Assembly (NCBI GenBank): GCA_020137815.1
Contig: CM035351.1
Span: forward strand, 6,014,001 to 6,078,000
Origin: Hormiphora californensis
Taxonomy: Eukaryota > Animalia > Ctenophora
DNA: 64,000 bases
Direction: 5' to 3'
Shown piece by piece: positions 12,701-25,926 of the stretch (position 1 is the first letter of the stretch; every line of letters starts with the position of its first letter). The position numbers and the translations under genes were made by a program. The notes beneath the pieces were generated by a model, which ran no database searches, was not told where the DNA came from, and saw only the letters and a program-made list of their open reading frames with translations.

Positions 12701-15700
12701 GGTTGTTACCTGTAGTTGCAGCAACCTCACTGGCCAGGTCCTCAGGGGAAAAGGGCCCGTCAGCGGAGAGGGAATCCAGTGGTTGGAGAGTACTACTTCT
12801 ACTGTTGTCCCCTGGTGTGCTGTGTGATCTTGTCCGCTCGACGCTCACCTCTTCACCAGGCCTATTCAGCTGGAGGGTTATCAGGGGATGTTGGACTTTG
12901 GAGAGGGAAATTGGTGCACCAGAGGGGAATATAATAGGGGCCAGGAGGGGATGTTGGAAGGAGACAAAGGGGGCGAGAAGGGGTCAGGGGAGACAAAGGG
13001 TGCGAGGAGGAGGGGGGGCCGGACGGGGGTATTGGAGGTGGAATATGGGCTAGGTTTTCTAACAACCATCTGTAACTACAGCAATAGAGATAGACGAAAT
13101 AGAGGGCAGTTACAATGCGTCACCTGTTGAATGAGATCTTCCCTTAGAACCTTGTCCATTGATTGGGAACCATAGATCCAGTCCGTTACCTGGAGAGAGT
13201 TGTTAGTTACACAATGTTACCTTGGTAACGAAATCAATCACTCATATCCTTGTCAAGTGCTGTTAGAGATCAACTGATTTACACTAAACTATACCTTGCT
13301 GGTACTGTCCTCAGCGGGGAAATCAGTTGAATTGATTGAATTTGAATTGATAGTGCTGGATATTCGCTCCCTCCTCCACCGATCCACAATTAGCTTTTGT
13401 TCGTCCTCTTGGGCACATCTTGGTGGTCGAGGGGGCACATGTAGTCCATGCATCTCATTATACCTGGAGGTGGTATGTGAATTATTGTTGTTAGTCATGG
13501 GCAGATAGGAAATAGTAGATAGAGGGACACCTATAAAATGGGATGAGTAGAAATAGAGAGATAGAGAGAGGGGGAAGAAGTAGAGTGATAGAGATAGAAA
13601 GAGAGGGAGAGATAAGAGCTGCTAACCTTGCATCCAAGATCCCATTGTACTCCTCCAGCTGCCGGTAGAAGCCCTGGTTCGGTTTAACCTGGGACCGGGC
13701 ATCCTTCACCGCGTTCAAGGCATTCCTCAGGTTTAGTTTATACTCCTTCATAATGTAGGCACACACACAGGACGCTGATCTACTGATACCAAACCTGGGG
13801 AGAGAGAGGTTGTAGGGAGACTGGAGAAAAGGGTGGACAAAAGCCAGAAGAGGGGAGCAAAATCTTGGAAAGGATGAGAGGAAAAGGATGAGATAGAGGG
13901 GAGAAATTTATATTAAAAAGGGAGGGGGTGGTGGGGTGGCAGTACTAGAGAGGAAAAGAGGGGTGGCAGTACTAGAGAGGAGAGGAGGGGGTGGCAGTAC
14001 TAGAGAGGAAAAGAGAGGGTAATACCTGCAATGAACTAGGATGGTTTGTTTCCGATCCTTGGCTCGTTTAATGAACTGATAGGTTTTCTCCCAGTGCTGT
14101 CGGAGATCAACGTCTTCTTGGTCACGAACCCTGCATTGGGGTTATTGTTAGAAGGGGCAAGAAAAGGTCTGCAGTAGCAACACATTGGGTTGGAAATATT
14201 GAAATTTGAAATCATATTTTTTCGACCATTTTTCCAGTTCCATCTAGAGTTGGTAACTGGACCATAACGAACCCACACTCTACAGAGTCTACATACTTAT
14301 CTCTAACTACTTACCGTATAGCCATGTAAGTGAGTTCATTCCCAAAATAATTGTTAATTTCCATGGTAACATTTAGGACATGGGTGACTCCCAACTTTTT
14401 GAGTTGTGCCAAGTTGCTAGCATTCCATTCAGTACCCAGGTAGAGGTAGTCGAATATTTTGGAGGGAGCTTCTGACCATTGTCCGAAAACTTGTGTGATC
14501 TAGGGAGAGATAGGGGGTAGTAGAGCAGGAACCGACCGAATCAGGAAATACTGGTCCCTGATTGGCTGATAACCAGTCACGTGACCTAAATAACGAGTTC
14601 TGATTGGTTGTTTACTTGTTTCGGTCGGTTTATGTTGTAAAAACACTCTTCTATCTCACCTTCTTTGCGAATATTTTCTTGTAAGGTGTCAGGTCAAAGT
14701 TGAACTCTGCCTCCAACTGTTTTCGGATTGTCAGACAGTTAGTGCTGTCCAGATCGGTACAGAAACTAAGAATCTCGTGAATTCTAGTGTACATTTTCTT
14801 GAAGGTCTCCGCCAAGGCAGGGCTGAAAGGTAAAGGTAACATGAAAAAAGGGGTCAATCAAAAAAATATTATTTCTAAAACTGAACCTCCATATATGGCC
14901 ATGACGTCATATGCCCATATATATGGTTATGTCATGACATCATGATATGTCCATATATGGTCACTTACTCTTCAACAGTAAACTCCTCCACCTGTTCCTC
15001 TATTTGGGATCTATCCAGCCAGGCCTGCTCGTGTGTCAGGTATGGGGGAATCATGTCAATATACCGGCCAGCCCAGGTGTGGTTCAGTGGGTTACCAGTA
15101 AAGTGGTTCATGAAGGACGCGTGGGAGAGGGACTTGTAGACATACGAGTGAGCGGTCCTGAAAAGGGTATACATTAGAGTTAGACATTATTATGACAGTA
15201 GGAGCCACGCCCAATCTTGGCTCTTGCCTCTTGGGGGACGATAAGAATTCTCTGTTACCCAATCATCCCCTATTTTCTGCGTAATGGTGCAATAAGTATA
15301 AAATGGGTTCATGTATCTCCTCTCCATTCTCTAACATACCATAATGCCTGCATGTTGACAGGTTTGAAGACGTATTTAGAGCTCCCCACGGGGGTATTCA
15401 GGGCCATCCCACCGTCCCCATCCATGGCCATCAGTACAGAGGATGTGATGGGCAGAGCCATGGCGATCACTAGTTCTCCCCGGCACCCCATCGGCGACTA
15501 AACAGGGGGGTGGGCGGGTGTCATATCAGTCATGAATTGATAAACAGAATGCATTGAAAGATCCCATATATCTGGATGGCAGACGTAATGTCAGTCATCA
15601 CTGTCTAGGGGATTAAACACAGCTAATTAGATAATTACCTCCTCGTGGTGTGGACAAGGTTCAGGATTAATTGAAGGATCAGGTGCCCTAATATTGATTC

Positions 15701-17790
15701 CCAGTGCCACTTGCTCCATGTAGGACTCATCGTGTGTGTCGGATAAAATAACGAGATAACGGGTGTCAGGATAGGAATTAACAGTTCCAGGCACAACCTA
15801 AAACATTGTCATGTTATCAGTTATAAAATAACAAGATAAAATTGTTATGGGTCTGACACACCGCGTTATGTTCTCCTTACAATTTATGGGGTACACTGAG
15901 AGATAGTTGAGGCAAGGAGACACTATGAGATAAAAAGCTTGTTGAGTAAGGGATAATAACAAAAAATAGAAACATGACTTACAAGTTGTATTGTATTTTG
16001 AAAGTTCTCAGGGGGCAGGACTTCTTTTAAGATTCGCTGAGTTATACACTTCATCAACCCTGGAGGGAGAAATAATTGAAACTGAATCATTGGAAATAAT
16101 TTGAACAGTTTGTACATTCTATACACAGTAGATGTATGTGTAATGTATACAGACAAGTGAGAGAGGGACAGTACCTTTTTCTTGTTTCGAGAGACCATGT
16201 TCCAAGCCGGGTACATTCCGAGCAAAACTTCGAGCAGTTAAAATACTTTCCTTACTTGTAGTGGTGTTACTGAGAGAGGGAGATATGATGTAATCAATCA
16301 GGGGGAAAGTTACGTAATAACGATTAAATGATAGCGTCATGAAATCTCCATGTGAATACGAATGAGAGTGAGATAATGGGTTGTAGGGAGTGGGGACAGC
16401 TACATTCTATGAGTATGATGAACAGTGCCACCTCTACTGCTGCATCAGCCACCCCAAGGGTCCAACAAGAGGCCCCCGAGGTGTGTTGTGAAATTGTTTA
16501 GATTTACCCAATTCGGACGGGCGGCGGGGCGAGACCGGGTATCTGTAGCCGCGCGCCTGTGCTGACAACTTCTACTTGGATCTAATAGGCGCGTCGATGC
16601 GCGGCACAGCTTGACATATAACCCGCGATGGGTGAAGACCTTCAAAATAATAGTGTGAGTGTGCTGCAGCAGCGGCAGGGTGTAAATTGTAATACTCTGT
16701 CAATGGCAGCTCTACAACCGGCCCTAAACCTGAAATTTGATACTTGATCTAACGGAATATCTCCATTCTACACACATTTCAAGATTCTGTTAAACAGATT
16801 TGATGACACGTTAATCTTCTTGATTACATGACTCAACTTATGTATGACAGGTGACAGGTATTTCTGTTCGGCTGCGCAAAACACTAATTATACTGGGCGG
16901 TAACAGCTGGACAGTAATTAGGACTTATTTCTGGCAGAAAAATGGAGGAAAAAATATTTGACATTTCGAAAATTTATGCGTTTGTATGCCTGCAAATCGG
17001 TCAAATATCTAATATTCGATTCTCTCTCTTTCTCTCTCTGACTCTCTCCCTCTCCCCTTTCTCTCTTTCTCCCCTCTCTCTTTCTTTATCTTTATTCTCC
17101 TCGACTGTCACACAACACCGATTTCAAGAAATCAAGTACTGGTTCAGATAAAAACAAGCTTCTAAAAAAATGCTCATAGCAATGCCAGCCATCATCTTTC
17201 TTCTATTTTTCTCCAAACTTCATTGCTGTGAGTAGGGAAATAGAGTTTGGAAGGATTGAGAGAAGGTGTCATTTCATTACCAAACTTGTTGGGGAAGGAT
17301 GTGAGGGAAGATATGACGGGGAGTTATTAGGTTAGCGGCGCCTCAGGCACTACCGAAAGGAAAATGTAGGAGCACTGTTTATGTTTCACGAGATCTGAGA
17401 GAGAGCTGTAGAAATAGAGAAGAGGAAGAAGACAATTCTAAATTCAGACAGATTGAATTTCCTGAACGTTTGTAATAAATCCCTCTTCCAAGTGATCTCT
17501 ATATAATATTACACCCGCTTGTGGGAATGGTAGATCGCCAAATCGAATAATTGTTACATCGATCTCGCGACGGAAAAATAAAAAATAAAACATTCCAAGA
17601 TTTAATGCCCTCTTGGAAGAAAAATCAGAATAGTTTGAGTTGTTTGTAAATTACAAAATTAGTCGACCTTGACCAGCTGTGGTTATTCCAAAGAAATTGT
17701 GCGGGTCGCATTTTTAATTAGCCCCCGCCGTCAGCCAGTTGGTCGCCAGAAATAAGTCAAGATCGTGTTTAGATATAAAGAGAGAAAGCA

Positions 17791-17863
<73 letters not shown>

Positions 17864-18122
17864 AAAGTAAGCCTGAATAGTGTTTGTGTATGAGAGAGTG
17901 TATTTAGCAAGTGCTATTAGCGCCTCATAATACCCAACCTATCCAGTAGAAATTGTGCGAGTGAGAGAACATGTGCAGTGTGGGTATGACTGTCTAGGTA
18001 CTACACTACTGTGTAATACACATTGCAGGCTATTTTAGGTGCCGCCCTGCATAGGGTGCAAGAGATGCCGAGAGAGAAAGAGAGAAGGAAAGAAAGAGAA
18101 GGAAACATAGAAAGACAGAGAG

Positions 18123-18186
<64 letters not shown>

Positions 18187-19324
18187 TAGATAGATAGAAA
18201 GAAAGAAAGTGTCTACAAAGTACCAACCTCTTCTCGGAAAGTGCCCGTCTGTATTCTACATCCCCGGACGACATCTCAATACAAAACTCGTCTTCTCCAA
18301 TTTCATCTTCTTCCTCATCCTTCTCCTGGCTGCGGTCTTCTTCAATCAGATCTCCCTCACACACCTGAACAAATACACAGCTGTTAAAAAACGAGGGAAT
18401 TGTTACAAATTAGAAAACAAGGGATGTTACAAGGGATGTTATAAGGGATGTTACAAGGGATGTTACAAGGGATGTTACAAGGGATGTTGCAACTTGCAAG
18501 CGATGTTACAAGGGAAGTTAAAAAACAAGGGATGTTACAAAATAAGGGGTGTGACAAGGAATGTTATAAGGGATGTTACAAGAGATGTTACAAGGTATGT
18601 TACAAGGGATGTTACAAGGGATGTTACAAGGGATGTTACAAAATAAGGGGCGTGACAAGGAATATATAACTCCAGAGTTCCTCAGAAACCTTGGAGCCCT
18701 AGAACATTACCCTAACACACATTATCTGAAATTTAATGTTTTCTCGTGGGTTGTACGTGGGAGTATATTGCCAGACATTGATAACACATGTGGTTATCAC
18801 TAATATTAGTCTAGTACTGCAGTATTGGACAGTCACGGGTCTAACAATTGGAAGTTTGATTTACACACAAAGAAAGACAGTAATAAATAAAACAATGAAC
18901 CCAGCACTGGTCACTGGAGCGAGTGTGTGAGATTAGACAACCTTGTGAAGTTGTATCTCTGCAGTTCTACTCATATTCAAGAAGTATAATATTTGTAATA
19001 TGATAACCTGTGACTGTGTGTATAATAAGGTGTGGTTAACAATACCATTACAGGCGTGAACAGTGAGCGAGCTGTCACTTGTCAGGATAGTCATTTGAGT
19101 GTGTACTGTGTACTATTATCATGCTAAATCAATGTCATTACTGGATTAGTGTGCAAAACTGATTGAAATCTCTCACAAATCTGTCCTCAAGATTTAAGAA
19201 ATGGAATTGTATAAAGAAAATATCACAGATTCCCCCAAACAGAAGCGCATTATTGGTTGAATTATACCTGTGGGGTGGGTGTGAGTCGCATCCCATCTTT
19301 CTCTCCTCCCTCCTCATCCATCAT
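9724..19324 (-). CDS. SSH: Slingshot protein phosphatase (cofilin phosphatase), multi-exon
   Basis: Spliced exons give the SSH-N motif LPITSSVLMAMDGDGGM...VFKPVNMQALW (15340-15497), a DEK_C-like segment (IRKQLEAEFNFDL), and the DSP catalytic loop VHCRFGISRSASCVCAYIMKE split by an intron (~14027/13795). The exon phases I checked are consistent. The start at 19324 and terminal exon 9724-9984 are inferred. Confidence 0.9.
10183..11520. mobile_element. Non-autonomous DNA transposon with poly-G termini (Merlin/Mutator-like) in an SSH intron
   Basis: Ends (g)n-cccgcgt...acgcggg-(c)n, 8-bp TSD cttagaac (10175-10182, 11521-11528), internal inverted blocks (ggacattaaag repeats; 10540-10740 vs 10985-11180). 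Confidence 0.8.
12082..12190. repeat. 21-bp intronic minisatellite
   Basis: (cacactcacgcgtggggaaat) about 5 times. Confidence 0.9.
14526..14633. mobile_element. hAT-type MITE, same family as 7099-7185
   Basis: caggaaccgaccgaatcagga...ttcggtcggtttatg, in inverted orientation relative to the first copy. Confidence 0.75.
18416..18660. repeat. 12-bp minisatellite
   Basis: (acaagggatgtt)n in an SSH intron. Confidence 0.9.
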
Positions 19325-20099
19325 AGGGCATATCGTGCTGATATATTTGCTACATGATAGGATCCTAGAATAGAAGGATGAGAGTTTATACAGAAATGCC
19401 GAGAAAAGCAAGACTTGGCAAGCTGTTATATCTTTAAGCAAACTACGTGAATACGCTGGATTAGTTCCATGTACATTTCAGCTCTCGCAACCAAGTTAAA
19501 AGCTAAAGCGCCGTGCGAGTTAAGCTGATGTTATGGATTAGAAATACAACACAAAACATAAATTTATAGTCCGCTCTTTAATACGGTCAACTGTCTTGGT
19601 ATCTTGGTATTGTCTTTGTGTAGATCCTACACCGGTGTCAACTGTCAGTTCCTTACAGAGCCTCCCCCTCCCTGGAAACATTCCGTATCCAGTCCAATAT
19701 TGAATTGTTGTTCTGTTTTTGGTATCCGAGTACCGGGGGATTATCCGGGAATCTCTTCAGCCATTTGACATTTCCCCAGAAGTATCTTGAATGAGTCCAA
19801 ATCTTCAGCTGGGGAGAGTATTCCAAAACCGGGTCGCTCTACTGTCAAGACTCAAGCTACCAAGTACCAGGCACGATGCATTCAGATTCAGGGAGGACTT
19901 GACCTACTGCAATATACAGCGATATAATCGCTCTGGTGACTGTTTTGTGCAATTTTACTGTAGCCCTAATAAGGTACTGACTATTATTATTGGTGGCGAT
20001 GCCACGATGGGACCACACCCATCTACTCTCGCCAGTCACAGGCCTAAAAACACACTACAAGGAAGCTAAATTCTTGAAATAAATGGCCCTTCAGTACAT

Positions 20100-21178
20100 G
20101 CAATATTCAATTGATACCAGGGGGTTTGTCAAACTTCCCGTTTGCCCGTTGTCGGTCTCTGCTGCCGTTTAATACTTGCCAAACTTGGAATTTCAAGTTT
20201 TGACATTTTCGCGATCGAGATTTTCAAAATGTTCGCCAAAAATGGGGAAATGGGAGTGCGCGGCGCGGTTTTTCGATTTGCGCGTTACAAAAATCTGCCG
20301 CGCGCGCAGCATTTTTGGAATTCGGAAATTTTTGGAATTCGGGAATTTTAAAATCCGAGTTGCGCCAAAAAAATTTGAAAAGCGCTGCCTTATAGGGATC
20401 CCTAATAAAGTTGTGACTTGTCACTGTAGTCTTGCGGAGGCGCGGTTGTGACTTGTCACCGCGTGTGCGCGTACCAAAACGCACGTGGTTTCCACTGCGC
20501 GTAGCTGCGGCGCGGCGTAAACCATGCGGTGACAAGTTACAATCGCGCATTTTGAAGCCGCGCCGCCACGGGAACCACATGTTTGGTGACAAGTCACAAC
20601 TTTATTAGGGATCCCTATCCCGCCGGCAACGTTTGCCAACAAAAAAAAATCGTCAAAAAACATATTTTAAATTTTTGTCTCCTTTTCCACTTATTTTGCA
20701 TTTTTGCGCTCAACTGGACGAGGTCAGGTCACGTCCCTGTTGTGGGAGGTCATGGGAAACAGGTCAAGTCATGGAGTTTGTTGAACGTTTCGGGGTTTTG
20801 TCCCTTCTTCAGCTCAAATTTGTTTGTTTAAAGTAGTGTTGACAGTTGAAAAATGACCTCCCACACACAGGACGTGTCCTCATCCCTTCCGAGTTTCCAG
20901 ATCGTCTGCCTTTACCACAATTTAAAATTCTTTCGTTGAAGATGAGTTAGGGCTGTCCGTTAGGATCTGGTTGGCCGGTAAAGTCCATTTTTATTCTACT
21001 GTTCACCCCTCAACTCGTGCGTGTGCGATATTTTAATTTACGCTGCGTGCGCTACACGTTAACATGTGATAAACGCGCAAAACAATTCCGCGCACGACTT
21101 TGGGGGGTGAACAGTTGAAACAAAATGGAGTATAAGAGCTAAGAAGCACTAGCGCCGCTAACCTATGAAATATTTTAG
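20100..21178. promoter_or_regulatory. Putative divergent promoter region between SSH (-) and the + strand gene cluster
   Basis: The only head-to-head intergenic interval next to the cluster. CpG/GCGC-rich. Ends at acceptor ttttag (21177-78) before the first ATG. Confidence 0.4.
20393..20617. mobile_element. MITE-like inverted repeat element
   Basis: TIRs tagggatccctaataaagttgtgacttgtcac / gtgacaagtcacaactttattagggatcccta. Confidence 0.75.
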
Positions 21179-21180
21179 AC

Positions 21181-21639
21181 ATGTCACTGCTCCCTCTGAT
21201 TGGTGCTATCAGAGGGTGTTCGAGGGCTATTTCAGCATTTACCCAACCCGGCAAGCTCCTTCAACCCCACCGATCAGTGCATGTAACCCACGAACCGAAG
21301 AAGAAGTGTGATCACTGCTACTACGCTGTCGACCATAGAACTGACACTAAGTTTGTGCTCTGCTCTGCAAATCCTGCCCACAAGCAAGCCAAAAGGAATA
21401 ATGTGGAATTCCGACTAAAGCAAAGGTTCTACTACATGGGGCTACGAGATCTTGGTGCCACTCCAAAGATGATTAACGCACGGGTAAACGATGTTGGGTA
21501 TGCTAACTTTACAAAGCAACGTAAACGCGTGGGTAACCGTGGAATCTTGAGAAATAATCATGTGTTCGATGGATTAAAACAATTCGCCGAGGAAACTCGT
21601 AGCTTACAACCAAAACCTGGACAATTACCTTCAAAGTGA
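21181..21639 (+). CDS. MRPL36: Mitochondrial ribosomal protein bL36m with C-terminal extension
   Basis: Presequence-like N-terminus followed by the L36 zinc ribbon PKKKCDHCYYAVDHRTDTKFVLCSANPAHKQ (CxxC...C...H). Single exon. Confidence 0.75.
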   Translation: MSLLPLIGAIRGCSRAISAFTQPGKLLQPHRSVHVTHEPKKKCDHCYYAVDHRTDTKFVLCSANPAHKQAKRNNVEFRLKQRFYYMGLRDLGATPKMINARVNDVGYANFTKQRKRVGNRGILRNNHVFDGLKQFAEETRSLQPKPGQLPSK

Positions 21640-21762
21640 ACCAAGTTGATAATATGTTCTGTTTATTGTCTGAGTTTACTGTAAAAACCCCATTGGTATA
21701 TTTCTTGTTTTCATCCCAAAATCCACTGCAACTATGTTTTTTAACCTACTCCTCTATGTAGT

Positions 21763-24330
21763 ATGATGTCGACAGCTAAAGAGCCAAGCGAAGAGGTAAA
21801 GGCCGCAGAGAAAATCAAATCATTCAAAGAGTTGAAGCTAGATGATAGGCTGGGGAAGGCAGTTGCCAAGATTGGATGGGCTAAGCCTACATTAGTGCAG
21901 GCAGCAACCATTCCAACTGCTTTGGAAGGAAGAGATATCATAGCAAAATCTAAAACAGGATCAGGTATACACTTTACATTCGTATTTGTAGATTTTGGGA
22001 GTATACCAATTTGGTGGTAGAATACCAGTCCTGTTAGATATTTGTCATGCTCTGATAGTTTGATCCAACATTCGGTTTATCGTTTATTAGGTAAAACAGG
22101 CGCTTATGCATTGAGCGCCCTACAAATTCTGCTCCGTGAAACTCCTCCGAAGCCCCTCTCTGTGGTAGTCTTGGTTCCTACTAAAACACTAGCCAGTCAA
22201 ACCAGTAAAGTGTTCCAATCTCTAACAAAGTGGACCAGTAATGTTACAACGGTAAGTTCAACTTCCCTTGCGTAGATGAGACTATGTAAATAGTCACACT
22301 CGCGTTTACACGTAACGTAAAGGCTCATAGTAACACCGTAGTGGTAAAATGTAACGTATATTGGCCAGATAAAACCACACCGATGTCGTACTCTGTAATA
22401 TCCCCAGAGAACTGATCTCTACCCTTTTATTGTTCAGGCACCCCTTTATTATTCAATCGCCCCTTTATTATTCAGCCACCACCCCTTGACTGAATCTTCC
22501 CTTCCAGGTGAACCTCTCTCAGAATGCCAACTCAGACACCACCCGTGCTATGCTGCTCAGGGATCCCCATGTCATAGTTGGAACCCCAGCGGGTCTACTA
22601 ACTGCAGTAAAGGAAGCCTCCCTATCCCTCTCCTCCCTCTCTCTACTAGTTCTGGATGAGGCTGATCTCCAGTTCTCGTATGGTTACTCCGCTGATATAA
22701 CAGAACTGAGACAACACTTCCCCGCAGTAAAACAGACTATCCTAATGTCAGCAACCATGTCCGAGGATGTCAAGTCTCTCTGCCTTAGTTTGAATGACCC
22801 GGTTACACTAGATCTCGCTGCCACATCACTTCAGGTATTGGGTTTTTAGGGATTTTAGGGATGACAAACTTGGCCTATTACCCTTTTTATCGGAGGTTAC
22901 AAGTGACATTCTGCCTTCTGGACATGTCAACATTACCATTTCTCAGAGTTTCTAACCCCTCACTCTCATCTTATTACCATTACCATTTCTCAGAGTTTCT
23001 AACACCTCACTCTCATCTTCTCAGTGTTTCTAACACCTCACTCTCATCTTCTCAGTGTTTCTAACACCTCACTCATCTTATTACCATTACCATTTCTCAG
23101 AGTTTCTAACCCCTCACTCTTCTCAGAAAAACAAGCTAGAGCAGTACCTGATCAAATGTCCTGTTGAGGATAAATTCTTGCTCCTTTACACGCTACTGAA
23201 GCTCAATCTAGTGAGAGGGAAAACTATCATATTTGTATCAGAAACGAACAGGTATTGTTGTGTTTTACCAGTTATACACTTTTCATGTCATCTTCCAGAC
23301 TCAGCATTCACAAACAAACAAACTACATTTTTCGTCACTCGTCTATATATTTTCAGGTGTTATCGAGTTAAATTGTTTCTGGAGCAGTTCTCTATCAAAT
23401 GCTGTGTGTTGAATTTTGAGTTGCCAGCCAACTGTGTGGTCCATGCTATAGATCAGTTTAATAGAGGTGAGAAAATGAACAGACTAAATTAAGTTAAAGT
23501 AAACAATGGCAAGATAATATACAGTTGGACCTCGATTTACCGGGATTCACGGGGGAAAGGGTTTTGAATTGGGGTTCGAGAGTATGGGAACTATGTCTGG
23601 TTCTGAGAATTTAAGTGCAGCTATCCATACACTAATCATCACTATTTTGTCAGGAATATTCGATATCATTGTTACAACAGACGACCAGCAGAATAAGGAC
23701 ACCAATGTAGCACGTGGAATTGATTTCCAGGCGGTTGATAACATAATTAACTTTGACTTCCCTGCCACACCTCAACAATACGTCCATCGGGTGGGCCGAA
23801 CAGCCCGTGCCTTCAACTCCGGTTCTTCCCTGACCTTCCTAACACCTGACCTAAAAGCCCAATTTGAGGCGCTCAGGGACCACCTATCCAAATCGGCCGA
23901 GCAGGAAGATGAGTTCAAACCTTACACTTTCAACATGAAATCTGTGGAGGGGTTCCGGTACCGATGTAGGGATGCAAACAGGGCGGTGACAAAGTTTTCA
24001 GTCCAGGAAGCGAGGAGAAAGGAAATCAAGGAGGAAATGATGAATTCCGAGAAATTGAAGAACTTTTTCTGTGAAAATCCCCAGGATCTGCAGGTGCTGA
24101 GGCATGACAAGGTTGCCAAGCCCAGGGAGGTCAAGGAACATCTGGCTACTGTACCTGAATACCTTATTCCAGCGGGACTGAAGGGGAATCTCAAACAGCA
24201 GTCATCACACAAGAAGAAAGCACTTGATCTGAGCAGAAAGAGGATCGGTAACTACAAGGGACAGGCATCCAAGAGGAAAAATGACCCCCTGAAATCGTTC
24301 AAGTACAAAAAGGCGAAGGAAGATAATTGA
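21763..24330 (+). CDS. DDX56: DEAD-box RNA helicase DDX56/Dbp9 (6 exons)
   Basis: PTLVQ, SKTGSG|[39 protein letters not shown], plus the DDX56-specific FRYRCRDA and LQVLRHDK. Confidence 0.95.
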
Positions 24331-24562
24331 ACTGAATTTTACAATTTTAAAGACAGTATTTTTGACCCGGGCATATTGTACTGTGAGTGTGTAGAACCTG
24401 AACTAATTTATTACCGTTTTTAGCCACTTACGTCTCACATTGTTGTTTACGATACTTTAATGACCCTTTCTCCTCTAAACCAAACCAATAAACCCGTGCC
24501 TTGCTCGACCCTCTCTCTCCAAGTAAAACCAATTACACCCACCTTGTTTTGTTGTAGCAGAA

Positions 24563-24892
24563 ATGACAAGTTTTGAGACAGGAGCTGAGCTCTTTGCTAG
24601 CTTCGAGGGCTACTTTTCCAAGGATCGAGAAGTCAGGCAACAAATCCGTGATGTAATTACAGAGTTGGAATTATGTAATCGCCAATTAAACTGCAATATC
24701 GATGTTATCCACCTCCCAAAAGCTATAGGTGAGTACCTGTCTGTTGACTGTTTGAGTAGTACTGAGTACCTGTTTGAGTATGTGCTGGTATGAGTGACAG
24801 TGTTTGAGAATGGCAGTAAATAACATCTAAAATCACTGTCATAAACACATATTTAATGTCACTGTCATAAATATCATCTCTCTCTCTCTCTC

Positions 24893-24928
<36 letters not shown>

Positions 24929-25723
24929 CCCTCACTCTCTCTCACCCTCCCCTTCCCAGATGTACCCGCCCTTGAACGGAGTTGTGGAGAGATAATGGGA
25001 AGAGCCCGGGAACACTTTGGAACACTGAAGGGTGTAGTACCTCAGGAGCAGTTCTATAAATACCACGATTTCTGGAAGACTATTACCCAGTCCTTGGTCG
25101 CTAAGATGTCACTCCTTCACTTCCTCTCTCACTACTCTCTGCTGGATAAGGAGGAGGCTTCAAACCTTCTTGGGGGTACGATTATATTTCTTGTTTTAGG
25201 AGGGAAATCCCATTTATTAATCCCACGACAACAGTTAATGATCTAACTAGATCTCTTGAATAAGTAAATGGTAAAGATAAACAACGATATAGTGGTATCA
25301 AATCAATAAATTGACCTCCTTATTTTCAGTAAGTGCAAGTGATGATCCCAAAGAGTTCCACCTGCCCCTTGAGGACTACTTAGTTGGTCTACTCTTTATG
25401 TGTTCTGACCTCGCCAGGCTTGCTGTCAACAGAGTGACAGCAAAGGACTACACCACACCCCTCAAAATTGCTGCTTTTGTCAAGGAGCTGGAGTCTGGGT
25501 AAGCTAATTCTCGAGATTAACCTTAAATTAATAAGTGAAATTGCTAATTGAATTAATAATTTTAAGTGGAATCATTAATACTAATTTAAACCTTTTCAGG
25601 TTCCGTCTCTTGAATCTGAAGAATGATTTCCTGAGAAAACGATATGACACACTGAAGTACGACGTGAAGAAGATAGAAGAGGTGGTCTACGATTTAACTC
25701 TCCGGGGACTAAACGGATCTTAG
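24563..25723 (+). CDS. TSN: Translin (4 exons)
   Basis: QFYKYHDFW, FHLPLEDYLVGLL...LARLAVNRVT, FRLLNLKNDFLRKRYDTLKYDVKKIEEVVYDLTLRGL. Confidence 0.95.
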
Positions 25724-25926
25724 ACTACCTAGACAGAGATACCGTCGGACGTTTTTATAGTTTCAATGTTTTTATTTCAGTTTATTTTAAACTGTAGATT
25801 ATTTTTGTTATATTTGTTGCTAAAAAGTGCCCTTTATTCTTTGTCTCTCGATCCCAACGCTTACTAAACAATTTGATGTACACACCTAGTTACTCACAAC
25901 CCCTTCGTCTCTTTACAGGGACTCCG

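Noticed and set aside
19657-19809. Possible extra upstream SSH exon (minus strand, AG...GT bounded)
   Set aside because: No recognisable homology and no demonstrable in-frame join. It may be UTR.
25873-25926. N-terminal extension of PHF14 in the ORF track
   Set aside because: Lies largely upstream of a strong acceptor at 25917-18, so ATG 25927 is preferred.
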